A stretch of 27,108 nt of DNA, from IMG/VR virus record IMGVR_UViG_3300028840_003723, positions 1-27,108 of that record; one strand, written 5' to 3'. The notes beneath the pieces were generated by a model. The model saw only the letters and a list, made by a program, of their open reading frames with translations. It was not told where the DNA came from and ran no database searches. Position 1 is the first letter of the stretch. Every line of letters begins with the position of its first letter. The position numbers were made by a program, and so were the translations under genes. Of this stretch, positions 23,726 to 27,108 are shown piece by piece. The DNA is from a virus. Taxonomy: Duplodnaviria > Caudoviricetes.

Positions 23726-25174
23726 TTAATTACTCCCTTTGATCTTTTGCATTGCTTGTTGAATATCATCAGCTCCCCAATATTGGAAAACAGGAAATTC
23801 TCTGTGGATATAATAGCCAAAAGCATCAGATATATGGGTTAGATTAGGATCTGCTTTTTTATCGATCTCACCGGCTCCTCCTTCAATCACAGTGACCCCT
23901 TCCAAGTCCTTTACCAGATGAGGGCATTCTTTTCCATCAATCATCAATTTTACATCACCAGTTGCTGACTTTAATCGGCTATTCACCGAATTAACCCGCT
24001 GCCTTTCCTGTGGGTTGGCTTTCGGAACTTTGAAATATAATCGATCTCCAATATATGGCATCAATTCCTGTTTGATTAAATCCCAGTCAGAACCACGAAC
24101 TTTAGCAGAACCTTTTGCTCCACCGGTGGCATCCCCATAACAGATGATATTGCTTTGATGCCGTCCCCAATCCTTTATGAGCTTTTGGCAGACTCTTGGG
24201 GTGGTACTATTCCTTGGAATATAAACTTCCCCTATGGCAACTGTAATCGTCTTGCCTGGGGCAACCTTAAATACGTCTGCTCCCATTTCCTGAGCAATAA
24301 CCGCTACCCCTGGGGCCACATTGAAATCGAAGTGAAATGATATCGGTTTCTTCGGATTATAGAATTGCTTAAAAGCTCCACAATGAATGGTTTCATCAAA
24401 ATTGTAATAGCATTGCCCTGTGAAATTAACAAAAGATGCTTCATACTCTTGCAGATAAACCAATTCATCCAGATCAGCTTTAGCCGCTGCAATCTCTGAT
24501 TCATCAAGAATGTCTGCTGATATCCAGTGGTAAGCTCCCCAGTCTCCGGTTTTATCAGCCCTGGCTTTGCTCCACATCTCATAATAATGGTTTCGGCCCT
24601 CCGGAACTCCTATAAAATCGCATCCCCCTTTTCTATCGGAAAGGGCCGGTCTGATATTTGCTTGCCAGGCATTCTTTTTAACGTTACCGATCTCATCAAC
24701 AACGCCCCAGTCCCAAGGAGAGCCCTCAATTCTTTCCGGCTTATCCAATCCAAGGAGGTGAAGTTCAGCACCATTTTTACCGGTTAAAACCAAATTGGAT
24801 TCATTTGGTGGCTTAGCGAGAAAACCAACAGGAACCAAACTTTTCACATCTTGCCAGTAAATCCTTTTTACCTGGTCTCTTGTTGGTGCCCCTATGAAAT
24901 ATTTTGGATCTTCATATTTAGAATGGAATTGTGGAAATCTTTTATCATGGCAAAGCATGAATCTTAAAACCTGTTTTCGTTTACCCACAATTTCGGTTTT
25001 TCCTGATCGTCGGCCTGCCGGGACTATATTGAATCTGTGGCGTGATCTCCAAAGGGCCACCTGGGTAGGATGATCTTTCAGTGGTGACCATCTTTTTGTT
25101 TTGGAGAGCATCTTGACCGTATCTGGCTTTTTAGCCTTAATTGAATGCCCTGGGTTATTTCTGAAAACAGTCAT
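23726..25174 (-). CDS. terL: Terminase large subunit
   Basis: Walker A GRRSGKT, Walker B GVVDE, nuclease acidic motifs FDFN, YGDA and HISDAFGY. Likely start ATG 25174, coupled by TAATG. Confidence 0.96.
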   Translation of the reverse strand: MTVFRNNPGHSIKAKKPDTVKMLSKTKRWSPLKDHPTQVALWRSRHRFNIVPAGRRSGKTEIVGKRKQVLRFMLCHDKRFPQFHSKYEDPKYFIGAPTRDQVKRIYWQDVKSLVPVGFLAKPPNESNLVLTGKNGAELHLLGLDKPERIEGSPWDWGVVDEIGNVKKNAWQANIRPALSDRKGGCDFIGVPEGRNHYYEMWSKARADKTGDWGAYHWISADILDESEIAAAKADLDELVYLQEYEASFVNFTGQCYYNFDETIHCGAFKQFYNPKKPISFHFDFNVAPGVAVIAQEMGADVFKVAPGKTITVAIGEVYIPRNSTTPRVCQKLIKDWGRHQSNIICYGDATGGAKGSAKVRGSDWDLIKQELMPYIGDRLYFKVPKANPQERQRVNSVNSRLKSATGDVKLMIDGKECPHLVKDLEGVTVIEGGAGEIDKKADPNLTHISDAFGYYIHREFPVFQYWGADDIQQAMQKIKGSN

Positions 25175-25812
25175 TATCTTTCTCCAAAACAATCAACAAT
25201 ATCTTGCCTGAGTTTCTTTGCTATCTTTTCAGTGGTGTGGGGGCAAGGTGATATGAATCTCTGATCTTCCAGATATGGGAATTTCCCTTCCTTTGAATCT
25301 TTTAGTTTGTCCAGATTAGGCGAATACTCTTGAACGGAGAACCGATCTTCACGTAATAGCCAGTTTTCGGTTTTTACGTCCTTTTCCCTGGGGGACTCTT
25401 GGAATGGATTCGAGATACCTTTTTCTTGACCTTTTTCCCCTTTGGTCTTTCCCCCTTTTTTCTGACCTTTATTCCTTTCTTTATCCCTTTCACTAATAGA
25501 TGGTTTATTTATATCATTAGAAGAATTATATATAGAATAAATAGATTTTTCGATTCTTTCTATTCTATCCCTTTTAATCAATCCCCTTTCTTTTTTTGTT
25601 TGTTTGTTTAAATCTTTTAATTCTGTTTTGTTGGTTGTATCCATTGAAAGATATATAGAATGATTCACCGCAGAATGCTTTTTTAGTTTGGTTGGTTCAT
25701 TCTCTATTTCATTCTCCCAGTTTAACCCATCAATGAAAAGAGTAAAAAGATAACCAATTGAACCACCAACAAGAATTAAGATGGAAGTGATAATGATTAA
25801 TAAAATATTCAT
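25174..25812 (-). CDS. Hypothetical protein with N-terminal TM anchor and highly charged low-complexity body
   Basis: ATGA overlap with terS and TAATG overlap with terL. Confidence 0.65.
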   Translation of the reverse strand: MNILLIIITSILILVGGSIGYLFTLFIDGLNWENEIENEPTKLKKHSAVNHSIYLSMDTTNKTELKDLNKQTKKERGLIKRDRIERIEKSIYSIYNSSNDINKPSISERDKERNKGQKKGGKTKGEKGQEKGISNPFQESPREKDVKTENWLLREDRFSVQEYSPNLDKLKDSKEGKFPYLEDQRFISPCPHTTEKIAKKLRQDIVDCFGER

Positions 25813-26570
25813 ATCTGCCCTCCTGGAATTCCGTCCAAGATGCTATCAGCGAAATCTCTTACCCCATTAACAAATTCTTCTGGTGAAGTGGTTCCTTGTT
25901 CCCCGTTGAACATATTTAAATGATTTCCGAGTAATTCCCAGGCTGGTTTTCTTGCTTCATTTTTGATGTGCTTGGGATAATAGGTGATCTTACGTCTACC
26001 GGATGGCAAGCGTCTGGAAACGGCATTTAAATCCACACTACTGATTCCTAAAGCAATATCTGTGGGTAGCTTATGGATAGGGATTGGTCGTCCTTTTGAA
26101 TCAAATAGTTTTCTTATATCGAACTCAACTATTCTTAAAAGCCCCTTTAATACTTTTGATACCGTCAGTTCCACTTTTGCAGCAGCTTTCTTTTTCCTGG
26201 CCTGCATATATTTTTTTAGTTTGGGTCTTTTCAGAATCATAGAAGCGGTGACCTGAGCACTGGAATCTTTCATTTTATAATTCTGGTAAGCTATTCGGTA
26301 GCATTCGGTTTGGGTCATTCGAGATTTCTTTGGTTTCATTTTATTTTCTAAAATGAGATTGCAGAACAATTGCTCTTGGGTGGTGATTTCGATATCATTT
26401 TTAGTTGAGCCAGGAGGTCTTCCTACGGGTCTTTTCTTTTTGGGTCTTCCCGGTTTTTTCTTTAGTTTTGGTCGACCTCTTTTGCGCTTTTTAGGTCGTT
26501 TGTAAGGGCCGGGGTTATTCCGCTTAATCCCATTGATTATACAGACCCGTTTTTGTTTTGGTTTAGTCAT
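25809..26570 (-). CDS. terS: Terminase small subunit with basic AT-hook-like N-terminal extension
   Basis: TTQEQLFC...TQTECYRIAY HTH-like core, FDIRKLFD and AWELLGNHLNMF motifs; upstream of terL. Confidence 0.88.
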   Translation of the reverse strand: MTKPKQKRVCIINGIKRNNPGPYKRPKKRKRGRPKLKKKPGRPKKKRPVGRPPGSTKNDIEITTQEQLFCNLILENKMKPKKSRMTQTECYRIAYQNYKMKDSSAQVTASMILKRPKLKKYMQARKKKAAAKVELTVSKVLKGLLRIVEFDIRKLFDSKGRPIPIHKLPTDIALGISSVDLNAVSRRLPSGRRKITYYPKHIKNEARKPAWELLGNHLNMFNGEQGTTSPEEFVNGVRDFADSILDGIPGGQI

Positions 26571-26590
26571 GTTTTTCTCCCTGGGCCAGT

Positions 26591-26650
26591 TTACAATCCT
26601 TGAAATATCGAGTAATTTCTGTCATTATTTTTCTGTGGAATGAATTCCAT
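26591..26650 (-). CDS. Possible 19-aa leader ORF (MEFIPQKNNDRNYSIFQGL)
   Basis: Strong SD AGGAGG 4 nt before the ATG; lies between the promoter and terS. Confidence 0.35.
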   Translation of the reverse strand: MEFIPQKNNDRNYSIFQGL

Positions 26651-26730
26651 TTTTCCTCCTGAAATTTTATGATTTATTTTTAATTATATTTAAAAAATTC
26701 TGAATTTATTATTAATCAACATTAGCCTAT

Positions 26731-26759
26731 ATTATAACCGGTTTTGGCCTGTTTGCCAA
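26731..26759 (-). promoter_or_regulatory. Sigma70-type promoter for the packaging/structural operon
   Basis: TTGGCA-17 nt-TATAAT on the minus strand, AT-rich upstream. Confidence 0.65.
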
Positions 26760-26887
26760 ATTTTTAGATTTTTATTAAAATTTTATTCTTTTTGTCTCGG
26801 AAAGCCCCGGGTCTGGTGGGGTTCCCTTGTTTTGATCAATAAAATTTAATTAATGTTAAAAAAGTTTAAAAAAGGTGTAAAAAACGA

Positions 26888-26915
26888 GTGACATTCTCCT
26901 GTTTTCCTATATAAT
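26888..26915 (+). promoter_or_regulatory. Sigma70-type promoter for the divergent gene
   Basis: GTGACA-16 nt-TATAAT followed by GATCGAAACA and an A/C-rich leader. Confidence 0.7.
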
Positions 26916-26969
26916 GGAAACATGATCGAAACATACAAACATAACAGACATAACAGAAAGGAAACGAAA

Positions 26970-27108
26970 ATGAAAAAATTTAACGCAGCCAAAATAGTAG
27001 AATTCTTAAATCAAAGAATGGCAGCTGGTCTTGGATATCACTCTTACACCGGTTACCCTGAAATCTGCGGAACTTCGGTCATCATCGTTGATTTCGATCG
27101 TGGCGGAA
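26970..27108 (+). CDS. Divergent hypothetical (probably early) gene, truncated by the window edge
   Basis: SD AAAGGA; MKKFNAAKIVEFLNQRMAAGLGYHSYTGYPEICGTSVIIVDFDRGG is open to the end of the window. Confidence 0.7.
   Translation, partial: MKKFNAAKIVEFLNQRMAAGLGYHSYTGYPEICGTSVIIVDFDRGG

Larger units (their letters stand above)
1..26570 (-). mobile_element. Tailed phage/prophage DNA packaging, head and non-contractile tail module
   Basis: Canonical colinear order terS-terL-portal-MuF-scaffold-MCP-connector-tail tube-chaperone-TMP-tail tip. No sheath gene. No integrase or host genes are in the window, so phage versus prophage cannot be decided. Confidence 0.97.

Noticed and set aside
26798-26828. 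GC-rich imperfect hairpin in the divergent intergenic region as a cos site or terminator
   Set aside because: The stem is irregular and no read-end data are available; a function cannot be assigned from sequence alone.
1-27108. Alternative genetic code, tRNA genes, introns/inteins in terL or MCP
   Set aside because: Genes tile tightly under code 11 using all three stops, no cloverleaf was seen, and terL and MCP have normal lengths.

Overview
The window is the packaging and morphogenesis (late) operon of a tailed dsDNA phage or prophage with siphovirus-like organisation, almost entirely on the minus strand. Read right to left it encodes: small terminase, a membrane-anchored ORF, large terminase, about 4.2 kb of cargo, portal, and a 751-aa MuF-type minor head protein with ParB/Srx-like and HExxH extensions plus a coupled small ORF. 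The cargo includes a sulfotransferase-like gene, two signal-peptide proteins sharing an N-terminal motif, and an apparent deletion scar. The operon continues with an oppositely oriented promoter/terminator-bounded moron, an M15 peptidase, scaffold, major capsid, head-tail joining genes, tail tube, and a tail chaperone with a -1 frameshift. It ends with the tape measure, a 1647-aa Dit-like adhesin with mucin-like Thr/Ser linkers, a DUF2163/BR0599 hub, NlpC/P60, and the start of a GTA-like tail protein. The most striking unexplained pattern is that three different predicted virion proteins end in, or contain, Thr/Ser tracts. Together with a sulfotransferase-fold gene in the same operon, this suggests a virion surface-modification (O-glycosylation/sulfation) system. 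All family assignments come from motif recognition and gene order; no database search was run.
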